Shown: positions 9,139-21,723, numbered from the stretch's first letter. The stretch: DNA of 32,000 nt from Candidatus Saccharimonadota bacterium (GCA_027925325.1 AP027133.1:330001-362000), one strand, 5' to 3'. Translations and numbers: made by a program. The notes: a model not told the origin generated them from the sequence alone.

Positions 9139-9885
9139 TTAAATTATTATTTTTGCTCCTTTTTCTGTTACTAAGATTGTGTGCTCAATATGACAGGCTT
9201 TCCCTTTATGTTTTGTATAAACTGTTCAATTATCAAGCGGATCAACAAATAATTGATCCTTTCCTAAAATTATAACCGGTTCAATACAAAAGGTCATTCC
9301 TTTTGCTAATTTTAAGCCCGTTCCTTTTTTTCCTTTATTTGGAAATATCGGCTCTTCTCAAAGATTCTCACCGATAAAATGACCGACATATTCTTCAGAA
9401 ATACTATATTTTTTATGCTTTGCAAAAAAAGTTTCAATTATATTTGCAATATCACCGATCGTTTTTGATGGTGAAATCTCTTTAATTGCTAATTTTAAAG
9501 CTTGATCAGTCAATGAAATTAACTCTTGATCTGCTTTTGAAATTTCTCCTACTGGAAAAGTTCTTGCTGCATCAGCACACATTTTATTGTATTTCACACC
9601 GACATCAATTGTGATAATATCACCATTTTTGAGTTTTCGATCATTTGGAATGCCATGAACAACAACATTATTTGGTGAGGCACAGATTGTATTGGGAAAT
9701 CCTTGGTGATTTAAAAATAGAGGAATTCCTTTATTTTCAACAATAATATCATAAGCCATTTTGTCAAGTTCAATCGATGTTATTCCTTCTTTGATTTCTT
9801 GACTCATTTTTGCAAAAACTTTAGCAATAATTTTTCCAGCGATCTCTAAATCTTTTATTTCTTGTGCTGTCTTTAAATTTGACAT
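9139..9885 (-). CDS. map: Methionine aminopeptidase type I (248 aa)
   Basis: ORF 9358..9885 continues through two TGA codons (...HFIGENLWEEPIFPNKG...DNWTVYTKHKGKACHIEHTILVTEKGAKIII) to TAA at 9139-9141. It occupies the adk-map-infA position. Confidence 0.9.
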
Positions 9886-10529
9886 ATTTTTAAAACTTTC
9901 TCATAAATTTTTGTTGGTGAATCATTTGCATCTAAATTAATCAGAATTTTTTTATCTGAAAAATATTCAATTAATGGTTTTGTTTGCTCATCATAAATAA
10001 CAAGTCTCTTTTTGATGCTTTTGATTTTATCGTCTTCTCTTTGAATTAATTTAGTTTTATCGTTATCACAATATCATTCTTTTTTGGGTTTTAAATCTAA
10101 AAAGAGACGGTGATAACTTTTTCCACATAATGGACAGATTAATCTATTTGTAAGTCTTTCGATAATAATCTTATTTCTTAATTCAAAATTAATCACTAAG
10201 ATTTTAAGATCTTTATGATATCTACTAAAATATTCAAATAAAATTTCTGCTTGATTAATATTACGAGGATATCCATCTAAGATAATATTATCTTTTTTAA
10301 GATTATACTTTTCAATATCTTCTAATAAAACCTTAAATGTAAGCTGATCATCAATGAGTTCTCCTTTTTTTAAAATCCCTCTTACTTCTTTTGCTAATTT
10401 TGTATTTTTTTTGATTAATTCACGAAAAATATTTCCTGTTGAAATATGCTTATAATTCTTGTTTTTATCTAAAAGATATGATATAGTTCCTTTTCCTGTT
10501 CCTGGCGCACCTAAAAAAATATAAATCAT
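9873..10529 (-). CDS. adk: Adenylate kinase (218 aa)
   Basis: The start is taken at ATG 10529 (MIYIFLGAPGTGKGT P-loop), preceded by an AAAGGA SD. The lid is CPLCGKSYH...WYCDNDKTKL. It continues past the TGA at 10074 to TAA at 9873-9875, overlapping the map start by 13 nt. Confidence 0.9.
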
Positions 10530-10543
10530 TTTATTCCTTTTCT

Positions 10544-11914
10544 TTATAATGATCAATCATCTTCTTTTTTTGCATTGTCTTTATTTTTGCTACTCTTCTT
10601 AATTTTATAAGATTTAGTTGTTTTTGCCTTAACTTTTGCCTGTGTTTTTGCTCGTTCAGCTAATATTCTTGATTTTATCTGATCTGTCGTATCAATTCCA
10701 ACCGATACTAAAATAATTAGTCCCGTCCCCCCAAGAGCTGCCGATTGCGAGACGCCAAAGAAAGTTAAAATAAAAGGCAAAATAGCAATAAAAGCAAGAA
10801 GAAAAGCTCCATAAGTTGCAACAGAGTTAACTGTTTTTGTTAAATATGTCTCTGTTTCTTTTCCTGGTTTTACACCGACAATAAATGTTGATGATTTTTG
10901 GAAATTTTTTGCTGTCTCTTCTGGATTTATATTAATTTGTGAATAAAAATAAGTAAATGCAATAATTAAGAGTCCATATAAAGTAAGTCCTAATGCCGAA
11001 GTTAGAGAAAAATTAATAATTACCCATTCTTTAAAAGATGAATCAGGAAAAAATTGCGCAATTGTTGGTGGCAAAGTGATAATAGCAGAAGCAAATATTA
11101 CAGGAACAACACCAGCTGGATTGATTTTTAAGGGAAGATAAGTTTGATTTTCATCATTTAAATTAAGTCCTTTCCCAGTCTGTTGAATTGGAATTCTTCG
11201 CTCCGAAATTTCAAAAAATGAAAGTAAAAATACAAACATTAAGGCGATGATTAAATAAAATAAAACAAGAACAAATCCTGTGAATACAAACGAATCATCA
11301 TTAATAAATGTCCCTCAAATATTTTCAAATTTATATGGAATTCTTGCGACAATTCCGGTTGCAATAAGAAGTGAAGTTCCATTACCAACCCCTTTCATCG
11401 TAATTTGATCAGCAATTCAAATTGAGACCATCGATCCTGTTACCATGATAAGAACAGCAAATAAAACCATTGCTCATTCCGAATCAAAAAGTGTTCCTTG
11501 TTCGATATAACCGGAAGAATTCATCGCAAGAACGATTGCAAAGGCTTGAATAATCGCAATAAAAATCGTTACGATTCTTGTAATTTTTTCTAACTTTATT
11601 CTTCCTTTTTCGCCTTGTTTATTAAGTCTTGTCAGATAAGGAATTACATCTGTTGATAATAATTGAATAATAATTGAAGCGGTAATATAAGGTGTTACAC
11701 CTAATGCAAAAATTGAAAATGTTAATAATCCACCACCACCAATGATATTAAGTAAGGCTAAAAATTGTGAATTTGTATTCCCGGCAAAATCTTGATCTGT
11801 TAAGGTTACACCAGGAATTGTAATAAGAGTTCCTAATCTAAAAAGCAAAATGAATATTAATGTAATCAATATTCTTTTTAATATTTTTTGATTTGTAAAA
11901 ATTTCTTTTATCAC
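10544..11914 (-). CDS. secY: Preprotein translocase subunit SecY (456 aa) with a Lys-rich C-terminal tail
   Basis: A GTG start at 11914 gives MIKEIFTNQKILKRILITLIFILLFRLGTLITIPGV. Fragments 11474..11914 and 10553..11239 and the segment between them join in frame through TGA codons. The apparent stop at 10553 is also TGA; the true stop is TAA at 10544-10546. Confidence 0.9.
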
Positions 11915-11925
11915 ACTAATTAATC

Positions 11926-12156
11926 TTAATAAACGATTAGATAATTGTTACTATCAAATAAAGGTCCTTGATTATTATTTGAATTGTTATTTTTATCCTC
12001 TTCATCTATTTTCTTCATCACTAAAATAGATGAAAAATCCTTTTCATTCTTTTTTTGTAATTGAATCTTTTGCTGTATTTTGGGATGAATTATTTTATCT
12101 TTATCATTCATAATAATAATTATAATAAGAAAATTATTATAATTATACATTATCAA
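11926..12156 (-). CDS. Hypothetical small hydrophilic protein (76 aa maximum; an internal ATG at 12111 giving 61 aa is more plausible)
   Basis: It is an open frame only, with no recognisable motif. The composition is low-complexity and N/K/Q-rich. The first 15 codons (MIMYNYNNFLIIIII) coincide with TATAAT-like promoter sequence. Confidence 0.3.
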   Translation of the reverse strand: MIMYNYNNFLIIIIIMNDKDKIIHPKIQQKIQLQKKNEKDFSSILVMKKIDEEDKNNNSNNNQGPLFDSNNYLIVY

Positions 12157-12185
12157 AATTTAGGATTTTAAAAATTTAAAAATAA

Positions 12186-12950
12186 TTAACAATTTTTGTA
12201 TTTATTCTCATAAATCTTAAATATTGATAAGTCTTTTGCAAAATTTTTTAAAAGAAAATCTTCAATTATATCAACAAATATTTTTTCACTTTGATGACCG
12301 ATCTCAAGAATTTTAAGATCATGATCTGATCCATATAATCAATGATGATGTTTCATTTCGCCGATTATATAAAGAGCATCTTTTTTATTAACTCTTTCAA
12401 TCAAATCACCAGCAGCACCTGAAGCGATAATTATTTTTTTGATCATCTCTTTTTTATTAAAAAGATTTGTTTTAAATGGATCATGTAAGAGATTTAATTT
12501 ATTGCGAACAATTTTTACAAAATCATTAAAGGCGATTTCATTTTCCAATTCACAACTAATCGCTTGTTTATTATCAATCAATTTAAGATTTTTGCAATCT
12601 AAAATTTTTGCTTGATAATAAGGAATTGAACCAAGATTAAAATCAATATTTGTATGAATAACATAGAAATTTGTCTTCTGTTGCAATAATAATTGATGTT
12701 TTTGCTTTAAAATAGAATCTTTTTTAATAAGATCTTCTTTTGAACCAAAAAATAATGGGTGATGAGAGATTATTAAATCAATTTTATAATCTTTTATTTC
12801 TTGCAAGAAATCATTTGTAAAATCAAGTGTTAATAAAACATTTTTTATTTCTTTTTTTCCCTCTATTTGCAAACCAAGAAAATCATCTTTTCAACCATTT
12901 ACTTTTGGATATTTTTGTTCGATTACTTTTATTATTTGTTCAATTTTCAT
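12186..12950 (-). CDS. Nif3-like dinuclear metal-centre protein (YqfO/YbgI family), 254 aa
   Basis: ATG at 12950 (MKIEQIIKVIEQKYPKVNGWKDDFLGLQIEGKK...). The LIISHHPLFF and IGEMKHHHW..IEIGH motifs are typical of Nif3. It joins through TGA codons and stops at TAA 12186-12188. It lies downstream of trmK, as in Bacillus. Confidence 0.8.
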
Positions 12951-12951
12951 C

Positions 12952-13599
12952 TTATTTAAAATTATTACTTAAATATATTTTTGCTAATTCTTTATGTTCT
13001 ATTTTTTTACTTTTTAAAAAAATATTTTGATAATAAATTCCTTTTTTATAATAGTATTCATTTATTAGTTTATTGTTTTTTTTACTTAAAATCGGCCCTA
13101 ATATTAGCTCTTCTTTAGAATATTTTAAATTTTTATCTTGTCTTTTTGCTTTGATAATAATCGTATAAATATTATTTTCAAAAATTAATTTTTCATCTTC
13201 AATCTTAAATTTATTTTCAAATAAAAATTTCCTTAAACTCGCTTCATTATTTGTCGGATTGAGAATAAGATATCCTTTATCTTGATAATTTTTTAAGATA
13301 ATTTCAATAGTTTTTCCACCAAGACCAGCAATTATTATATATTGATAAGATTTAAGATCTGAAATTTGTTCAAAGCCATCACTTTTAATAAATTTTAAAG
13401 TTTCAAGATCTTTATAATCGATAAGAGTATTTTTTGCTTTTAAAAGTGGTTTGGAATTAATATCTGTTGCTGTAATTTTATCTGTAATTTTATTTTGTAA
13501 AAGATAAAGAGGAATATATCCATGGTCGGTTCCAATATCTAAAACCTTACTATTTTTAGCGATATAACTTGCAATTTGCAAAATCCGTTCTTTAAGCAT
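12952..13599 (-). CDS. trmK: tRNA (adenine22-N1)-methyltransferase TrmK (YqfN family)
   Basis: An intact 215-aa ORF containing VLDIGTDHGYIPLYLL and IIIAGLGG, which are TrmK/SAM-methyltransferase signatures. Its ATG overlaps the sigA stop (TAATG). Confidence 0.8.
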   Translation of the reverse strand: MLKERILQIASYIAKNSKVLDIGTDHGYIPLYLLQNKITDKITATDINSKPLLKAKNTLIDYKDLETLKFIKSDGFEQISDLKSYQYIIIAGLGGKTIEIILKNYQDKGYLILNPTNNEASLRKFLFENKFKIEDEKLIFENNIYTIIIKAKRQDKNLKYSKEELILGPILSKKNNKLINEYYYKKGIYYQNIFLKSKKIEHKELAKIYLSNNFK

Positions 13600-15032
13600 T
13601 AATATTCCTTAAAATGTTCAAGGTCTTTTTTTGCTTTATCTTTTAATTTTTTCATCGCCTTTGATTCAATCTGTCTAATTCTTTCTCTTGTTACGCCAAA
13701 CATTTCGCCAATTTCTTCTAATGTTTTTCTTTGATTTATATCTTCAGAACCTTCTATTAAACCATTTCTTAATCTTACTACTTCAATCTCTCTTTTATTA
13801 AGATATTTTGGTAAAATTTCATTTATTTTATTTATAATCTCTTTACTTTTTGCATAATCATCGGGAGCGATAACTCTTTTATCTTCAATAAAATCATATA
13901 AAAAAGATTCACCATCCGAACCAATTGATTTATCAAGTGAAGATGGGTCGATATTTAATAATCTAATTTGATTTATTTTATCGGGTGTTATCTCATTATT
14001 CATTGCTTTAGAAATCTCTTTATCGGTTGGTTTTCTTCCATATTCTTGTGTTAACTCACGCGTAATTTTTGATAATTTATTGATTGTTTCAACCATATGA
14101 ACAGGAATTCGAACTGAACGAGCTTGATCTGCAATCGCTCTTGTAATTGCTTGTCTAATTCATCAAGTAGCATAAGTTGAAATTTTATATCCTTTTTTAT
14201 ATTCAAACTTGTTTATCGCTCTTATAAGTCCATTATTTCCTTCAGAAATAAGATCAGCAAAAGGAAGTCCTCTTCCCTTATATTTTTTTGCAATATTTAT
14301 AACTAGTCTTAAATTATGATTAATAATTTTTTTCCTAGCTTCTTCCCCTTCAATTTGCTCTTCTACGGTTGGGTTTTTCTTAAGACCGTTTTCCATTTTT
14401 TTTAGAAGATCAATTTCTTGCTCAGATGTTAGAAGATCGCCATATTTTCCGACTCAGCGCATGTATCATTTTATATGATCATTAGGTTCACTTAAATTAT
14501 TATTCAAATCATTATCAGAATAATTTATTCTTTCTTCTGTTATCTCTTCTGTTTCTTCATCATCAAAAAATTCATCAATCTCAAGCGTTTTATCATCTTC
14601 TGATTCTCGCGCGATAATTCCTCTTTCAATTAATAATTCAAAAAAATCATTTGTATCTTTTTCATCAAGATTTATTTTATTTTTATCTAGAAAATTATAA
14701 ATTTCCCCTTGTGTTAGATGGTCATTTTTTAATCTTCTTCGTAATTTTTCTAATGCATTAAATATTGTTTTATATTCATCGTAAAGTTTTGTATTTAATT
14801 TTTCACTTTGATTAATAATATTTTCTTCACTATGCTCATTTTCATCATTTATAGAAATTGTTTTATTTCGATAATAAGCAATTTTTGTTGAGTATTCAAT
14901 TAAATCATCTTTTGAATCATTTAAGCCATATTTGATGTTGTTATAATCTAAATGCTCTCTTAATTCCTTTTTAGTCATCTTGTTTGCGACTTTTTTGGTA
15001 ATTTTACCATTTTTAACTTTTTTATCAGTCAT
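13599..15032 (-). CDS. sigA: RNA polymerase primary sigma factor (sigma-70/SigA), 477 aa
   Basis: Three track ORFs (14466..15032, 14163..14396, 13599..14096) share one frame and join through TGA codons. The junction reads [27 protein letters not shown] (region 2.4). Regions 3 and 4 ([26 protein letters not shown]) are present. Confidence 0.92.
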
Positions 15033-15138
15033 ATTTTAATTCCAATAAATATTAATATTTCCTTCAGTAAATAAAAATATAGTATTTTTATTATACTAAA
15101 AAATGCAAACTAAAAAGGAAAAATAAGAAACATTAAAC

Positions 15139-16962
15139 TTAAGAATTCTTAAGTTTTTCTAATATGTAATCATATTCTTCATCATTATCATTTGCAGTTA
15201 TTGTTTCTATAAAATCTTTTTTGTAATTTTCTTTACCTAATATTCTCCATTTATAAGCTAAACTTCTAACTTGATTTTCTATATTTATATTCTTTATTTT
15301 TTTAATCAAATTCTCATTTTTATTTAATTCATCTATTTTTATTTTTAGAAGAAAATTTTTAATTATCTTTTTAAAATTGTCATTTTGATTATTAATTAAA
15401 AATTTATCTAAAAAATCTGTTAACTTTTCAATCGAATTAATCTCTGCTTCATTTATTAAATTTACTGATTTAAATATTTCTCTGTAGATATTATTTACAA
15501 AAATAAAATTAATTTTTCTAAGATAAGAAAAAGAAGTCGGGATTAAGAAACAATCAAACAATAATTCAAACTCTTCTTGATCATATTTTTGTGTAAATTT
15601 TTGATTGTTTATTTTAAAAAAACCCCTGTTAAGATTTTTTTGCTTAGAAATTTGATTATTTAAAATAGTCTTTATTGGACTTAAATTAATTTTTTTAATA
15701 AAATTAGTTATTAAGTTTTCACCAAATTTATCTTTTGTTTTATTTAAAATAATCTCTTTTTTAAGAATATCATCTGAAGTTAAAATTACTTTTAAGATCT
15801 CTTCTAATTTTTCTTGCTTTAATGTATCTAATTGCTGTTTTTCAATGATTTTTTGATAATAAAAATCAAGAAAGTTAATTTTTCTTGTTTCGAAGTAATC
15901 TTGCGTAATTTTTATATTATTGTTAATAATCTCATCAATATCTTTCCCATCAGATAAATTAATTACAGATATATTAAGATTATGTCTTTTTAAAATATTG
16001 TATGTTTTAATTGTTGTTTCAATACCCGCTTGATCATTATCAAAAGCTAAGACAAAATTTTTTGTTATTTTCTTAAGTTTTTCAACATGATTTATATTAA
16101 AAGCCGTTCCCATTGATGCACAAACATTTTTAATTCCAATTTTATAAAAAGATATTACATCCATAAATCCTTCAACAATAATAACTTCATTTTTGAATAA
16201 TATCTCTTCAAATGAATTATTAAGATTGTAAAGAATCTTACTTTTATTAAAAAGTAAATTTTCACTAGAATTTAAATATTTAATCGTTCCTTTATCATCA
16301 ATGATTCGGCCGGAAAATCCTAAAACTTGTTTATCTTGATCAATTATTGGAAATATTAAGCGATTGAAAAAAAGATCGTGCAATCTTCCTTCATTATTTC
16401 TAATTAAACTTGCTCGTAAAATCTCTTCTTCTTTGAAATTTTTTTTCAATAAATATTGCTTTAAACTATTATCATTTTTTGCTCAACCGATTGCAAAAGC
16501 ATCTAGCAAATCTTCTGTAATCTTTCGTTTATTTAAATAATCTCTCAAATTATTATTTTTTTCTAATTCGATTTTTAAATTGTATTTATAAAAATTTAAG
16601 GCCTCTAAATTTATATTTTTAATTTCTTTGATTTTAGGATTTTCAATTTTCTCTTGCGTTTTAAAATAATCTTTTCAATTTAAATTAAAGTCATCAGCAA
16701 TAATTTTAATCGCTTCAATAAATTCTACTTTTTTGTATTTTTGAACAAAAGTAATTCCATTTCCACCTTCATTACATACAAAACATTTAAAAATTTTCTT
16801 GCTGTTTGAAATTGATAAAGAAGGATTACTATCTTGATGAAAAGGGCAAATTGCAACAGCATTATTTCCTTTTTTTTCAATTGAAATATAGTGTCCTATG
16901 ATATCTTCTATATTTAAATCATTTGTGATTTTTGCAATTAGTTGATTTAAATTCTTTTCCAT
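15139..16962 (-). CDS. dnaG: DNA primase (607 aa)
   Basis: The N-terminal zinc finger is CPFHQDSNPSLSISNSKKIFKCFVCNEGGNGITF. The TOPRIM motifs are IVEGFMDVIS and AFDNDQAGIE. Fragments 16675..16962 and 15139..16449 join in frame through two TGA codons. Confidence 0.9.
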
Positions 16963-16973
16963 GATCTTAATTA

Positions 16974-18338
16974 TTAAAAAATATTTTTAATCTTTGTTTG
17001 TAAATAATTTTTTATCTCTGAAATCGCAATTCTTTCTTGCTTTTTAGTATCACGATCTCTTATTGTAATTTTTTGATCCTTTTCGGTCTCAAAATCAATC
17101 GTAATAATAAAAAAAGTTCCAATTTCATCATGCTTACGATAGCGTTTTCCAATTGACCCACCTTTTTGCAAAATAATAGGACCAATATTTAATTTTTTAA
17201 GATTAAATAATAATTCTTCTCCTTGATAATTAAGTTTATCGGTAAGAGGACAGATTGCAATTTTGTAAGGAGAAAGAAAAAATGGTAATTTTAAAATATT
17301 CCGTTCTTTTTCTTTAACAAATAATTTATTAAAAATTGCAAGAATTAATCTCTCCACTCCCATTGATACTTCAATAACATGAGGTGTTATCCATTTATTT
17401 GAAGTTGTATCAAAGTATTGTAAACGTTCTTTTGAAACTTGACTATGATTTTTTAGATCAAAATCAGAGCGATTAGAAATTCCTAATAATTCTTTTTTTC
17501 CAAATCAAAAATTATATTCATAATCGATCGTTTTTTTAGCATAATGAGCTAATTTGTTTTTAGGGATATCATTTTTTATTAAATCTTCTTTTTTAAAACC
17601 TAAATTTAATAAAAAAAGATCAATTAATTTTAAATACTTATCAAAATCTTTCTTTGCTCTATCTTTATACGTAAAATATTCTAATTCTAATTGCTCAAAC
17701 TCTTTTGTACGAAAGATAAAGTTTTTTGGCGTTACTTCATTTCGAAATGATTTTCCAATTTGTCCAATTCCAAACGGCAATTTTAAGTTTAATGAATCAG
17801 AAATATTTTTGAAATTTATAAAAATTCCTTGTGCTGTTTCTGGTCTAAAATAAACTTCATTTACCTTAGTATCTGTTTTTGAATAATTTGTTTTAAACAT
17901 AAGACCAAAACTTGAAATTTTTGATCAACGTGTTTTATCTCCATATTTTTTTAATTTTATTTTTTCTTGAATTATCTTTTCTACCTCTAAAATCGTTAAA
18001 TTTTCAAAAATATAATTAGTATATTCTTCTAAAAGCTCATCTGCTCGATATATTTGATTATCATTTAAACATGTGATAATATAATCATTAAATTTTTTAA
18101 GATGGCCCGAAGCTTCTCATACCTTTGAATTTAAAATAATTGACGAATCAAAATAATAATTATTTTCTTGCATGTCTATAAAAAAATAATTAAAATAATT
18201 TTTTAAATTTATTTTAAGCATCGTTCCCAAAGGACCAAAATCTCATGAATTAGCAAGTCCTCCATAGATATTAGAACTCGGATAAATAAAACCTCTGTTT
18301 TTTAAAAAATTTACTAAATCATTCATTTTTTTATTCAT
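16974..18338 (-). CDS. glyQS: Glycyl-tRNA synthetase, alpha2 type (454 aa)
   Basis: ATG at 18338 is preceded by an AGGGAG SD ([38 protein letters not shown]...). The class II core is FRPETAQGIFINFKN and GKSFRNEVTP. All fragments join in frame through TGA codons, with TAA at 16974. Confidence 0.9.
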
Positions 18339-19164
18339 TTTTCTCTCCCTTATGGATTAATTTTGCAAATCAATTTTGCAGTCTTCCTCTGAATAATATG
18401 TATATCAAAAAGTATAAAAAAGTTAGATAAAAAATAAAAAGAACAAGTCCATAAATCGGAAAATATTGATAACTTAAAATAGTATAGGGATAAACACGAA
18501 AATAATTATCATCAATAACTTTTCCTGCATCATTTGAAATATCGACACTTGGTAAGATAAAAGCCATCATTTCAACAAAAAATAGATAAAAAAGCAGATA
18601 GATTGATATTAAAAATAAATAAAGAAAACTTTTATAAAATTTATCATAATTTAATTTTTGTTGCTCTTTTTTTGTTATTAAACTAAGATCAATAATTAAA
18701 AAAATAGGTGTTACAAAATGTAAGAAAAAAGATTCTAACCCAGGGACAATTATCGGTTCGGCTTTTCCACTATATCAAGTAGATCCAACATAATCAGGAA
18801 AGGCATCAAAATTAATAACATCGATCCATGAAAAAAAGTAAATTGGAATAAAAAGAAATAAAACAGCAAAGAAAACAAATATTAAATAAGAATTAACCGC
18901 AAATCTTAATTTAATATTTGTAAATCTTAGCAAAAAATTATCCTTTTTCAATAAAATAAAAACAAAAACAATTCCATAATAAACAAAAACAGTTCAATTT
19001 GTTCAAAAAGTTAGAAAAAGATAATAATATTTATAGTAAACGGTATAAGTTTCGGTAATTGTTCCAATTAACGATAATAAAACACCGATACCAGAAGATA
19101 AAAAAATTAAAATTCAAATTCACTTTGTTTTATTTGATATTTTGTATTGTATTTTTTCTTCCAT
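18331..19164 (-). CDS. Polytopic integral membrane protein of unknown function (277 aa)
   Basis: ATG at 19164 (MEEKIQYKISNKTKWIWILIFLSSGIGVLLSLIG...). There are at least six hydrophobic segments. It joins through TGA codons, stops at TAA 18331-18333 and overlaps the glyQS start by 8 nt. No confident family call is possible. Confidence 0.6.
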
Positions 19165-19198
19165 TAAAACCTACAAAATTAATTATAAATTTATTTAG

Positions 19199-19909
19199 TT
19201 ATCTATAAAAATTAATTTTATACCCCAAAATATCATTAAAATAATTTGCATATAACGAAAGCATAATTTTTTCTTCAGCAAATGATAATGAAAGATTATT
19301 TAATCTCTTTAAACTTTTTGTTTTAAATAAAAAAACTATTTTTTTAATTAAATCAACGCTCATTAATTTAATATTTTTATTTAGATGTCTTTTGCATACA
19401 AGACCACCTTCATCAAATGAAAAAGAGCTTATTTCTGAATTACGGTTGCAAATTACACATTTTTTTAATTCAATATAAACACTTTTTGCGATTAAAACCT
19501 GTACAAGGAGATAAAAAAGATTTAAATTTCAATTTAAGATTCCAACATCAAAATTGCTGAAAAGATAATAAATCGTATTATAAAATTGCTTATTTAAATC
19601 ACCTTCTGTTAAAATCAATAATTTATTAATGATGTTTAATAAATTTAAATGACTATCTTTTTCTTTATAATCAAAATTTATTTTTTCTCCTGTTTTTAAA
19701 ATCCCATAATCATTGAGAGGACTTGAAAAATATTCTGTTTTAATAAATGTACTAATTTTAAAACGGTGAATATTTTTTGAATCTGTTTTAAAAAATCCTT
19801 TTGCTCTTAATGTTATTTTTTTTCCAGATGGTTGTAAAAAATAGAGCATTGCTTCGTATTCTTTATATTCTTTAATAAAATATAAATATAAAATTTCCTT
19901 TTTATACAT
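19199..19909 (-). CDS. recO: DNA repair protein RecO (236 aa)
   Basis: It lies directly downstream of era, the conserved era-recO pair. The N-terminal region resembles an OB fold. A C-terminal zinc-motif-like segment reads CVICNRNSEISSFSFDEGGLVCKRH. It continues past the TGA at 19529 to TAA at 19199. Confidence 0.75.
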
Positions 19910-20815
19910 TTAAATATCCTTAATAATTGACTCTTTATTTTGTCAGTCTTTTTTTATCTTTACAATTAAATTTAAATAAATTTTTTTGTTTTTGAAATAT
20001 TTTTCGATTTCGATTCGTGCGAATTGACCTATTTGCTTAATTTTTGTTCCCTGTTTTCCAATTACTATTTTCTTTAATGATTCTCGATCAACGATAATTT
20101 CTGCATCAATTGAAATTAAATCCTTTTTAGTTTTAATTTCAGTTGTTTTTACAAAAATATGATGAGGAATTTCATTATTTAAATATAACAAAACTTTTTC
20201 TCTGATAATTTCTGCAATATAAAATTCATCGCTTACTGTATTGCTATTTTCTTGATCATAATAAAAAACATCATCTTTAAGATCTTTTTTAATTTCCTCC
20301 AACAAAAGATCAATGTTATATCCCTTAAGTGAAGAAATTGGAATTATTTTATCAAAAAAATCAAGTTGAGCAATTGATTGCACTAATTCATGAAGATCAT
20401 TATTTTGATTTTTTTTGATTAAATCTATTTTAGTAATTAGACAATATTTTTTCGGAAAAGATTGCTCATTTTTATTTCTTAAAAGAGAGAGATTTTCTAA
20501 ATAAATCTTGTCAAATTTACCTCAAAATGGAATTAAAAATAATATAATATCAACTCCTAAAAAAGAAGCGATAATTCTTTTTTTCATTTCCAAATTTAAT
20601 TTTGTATTTTTTGTTTGATTTAAAAATCCCGGCGTATCAATAAAGACAATTTGTAAATCTTTTTTATTATAAATTCCTCTTATTTGATTTCTTGTTGTAT
20701 TTTTACGATGGGTTGCGATTGAAATTTTTTGATCGATAATCTTATTAATTAATGTAGACTTGCCAGCGTTTGTTTTTCCAATAATCGTTACAAATCCAGA
20801 TTTTTTTTGATTCAT
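19910..20815 (-). CDS. era: GTPase Era (301 aa)
   Basis: G1 is GKTNAGKST and G3 is DTPG. The C-terminal KH domain contains [23 protein letters not shown]. The two track ORFs join in frame through TGA, and the apparent stop at 19943 is also TGA. The true stop is TAA at 19910. Confidence 0.9.
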
Positions 20816-20835
20816 GTAGTTAGTTAAATTCTTTC

Positions 20836-21255
20836 TTATTTTATCAACAATAAATAACTCATTTGCATACTTTGAACAGAATCATCAGCAAAGCTATCTT
20901 GTATTGCAGGAATAAAAATTATAAGACCTACAATTACTGCAATTAAAGTTATAAATAATGTTGCTGTCGCCGCAACATCTTTAATTTTTTTCGCTTTTAC
21001 ATTATATTCAAAAGAGACAATATCAACAAGATATTCAATTGCCGTATTAAAAATTTCAAACCCAATTACAAGACCGATCATTGTGATAATAATCGCTCAT
21101 TCGACGATTGAAAGTTCAAAAATAATCCCAAAAATTATTACAACAAAAGAAACAAAGAAATGGACTCAAAGAGAATTTTCCTCTTTAATTATTATTCAAA
21201 AACCATGCAGTGCATTTAAGAATTTGCGATAAATACGTTTAAATCAATTAATCAT
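20836..21255 (-). CDS. dgkA: Diacylglycerol/undecaprenol kinase DgkA family protein (139 aa)
   Basis: ATG at 21255 ([34 protein letters not shown]...). The conserved [12 protein letters not shown] motif is present. There are three or four TGA codons in the N-terminal half. It overlaps the ybeY stop by 8 nt. Confidence 0.8.
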
Positions 21256-21715
21256 TTCTAATTTTTAGTTTTTTAAAAAGCTCCTTTTGTCGATTTATCA
21301 TTTTCTTTTCATCTTCGATATTTAAATGATCATAACCAATAAGGTGTAACAATCCATGCATAAACAAAAAGCAAAATTCCGTATCTTGATCAGAATTAAT
21401 TGATTTTGCTTGTTCAAGTAATAACTCACCATTAATAAATATATCACCTAAATCGTAAATATTATCAAATGATTCATTTTGCGGAAAAGATAATACATCT
21501 GTCGTTTTATTTAAATTACGATACTTTTTATTCAAATCTTTTATTTCTTCACTTTCAAGAAGATTAAGAGAAACAACAAATTTATCTTTTAAATTAAGTT
21601 CTTTTGTAACTTCTTTTAATAATTGATAGAGTTTTTTTTGATTTTTTTTAAATAAATATTTTTTATTTGGAATTTTACAGTAAAAATTTATTTCAAGATT
21701 TGAAAATTGACCCAT
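21248..21715 (-). CDS. ybeY: Endoribonuclease YbeY (rRNA maturation factor)
   Basis: An intact 155-aa ORF with the zinc-binding motif HGLLHLIGYDH. Confidence 0.9.
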   Translation of the reverse strand: MGQFSNLEINFYCKIPNKKYLFKKNQKKLYQLLKEVTKELNLKDKFVVSLNLLESEEIKDLNKKYRNLNKTTDVLSFPQNESFDNIYDLGDIFINGELLLEQAKSINSDQDTEFCFLFMHGLLHLIGYDHLNIEDEKKMINRQKELFKKLKIRND

Positions 21716-21723
21716 TACAAACT

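Noticed and set aside
10529-10556. Longer N-terminal start for adk (MIIIKKRNKM...) as given in the ORF track.
   Set aside because: The extension overlaps the secY 3' end and translates the AAAGGA SD. The ATG at 10529 places the P-loop (GAPGTGKGT) at the usual distance from the N-terminus.
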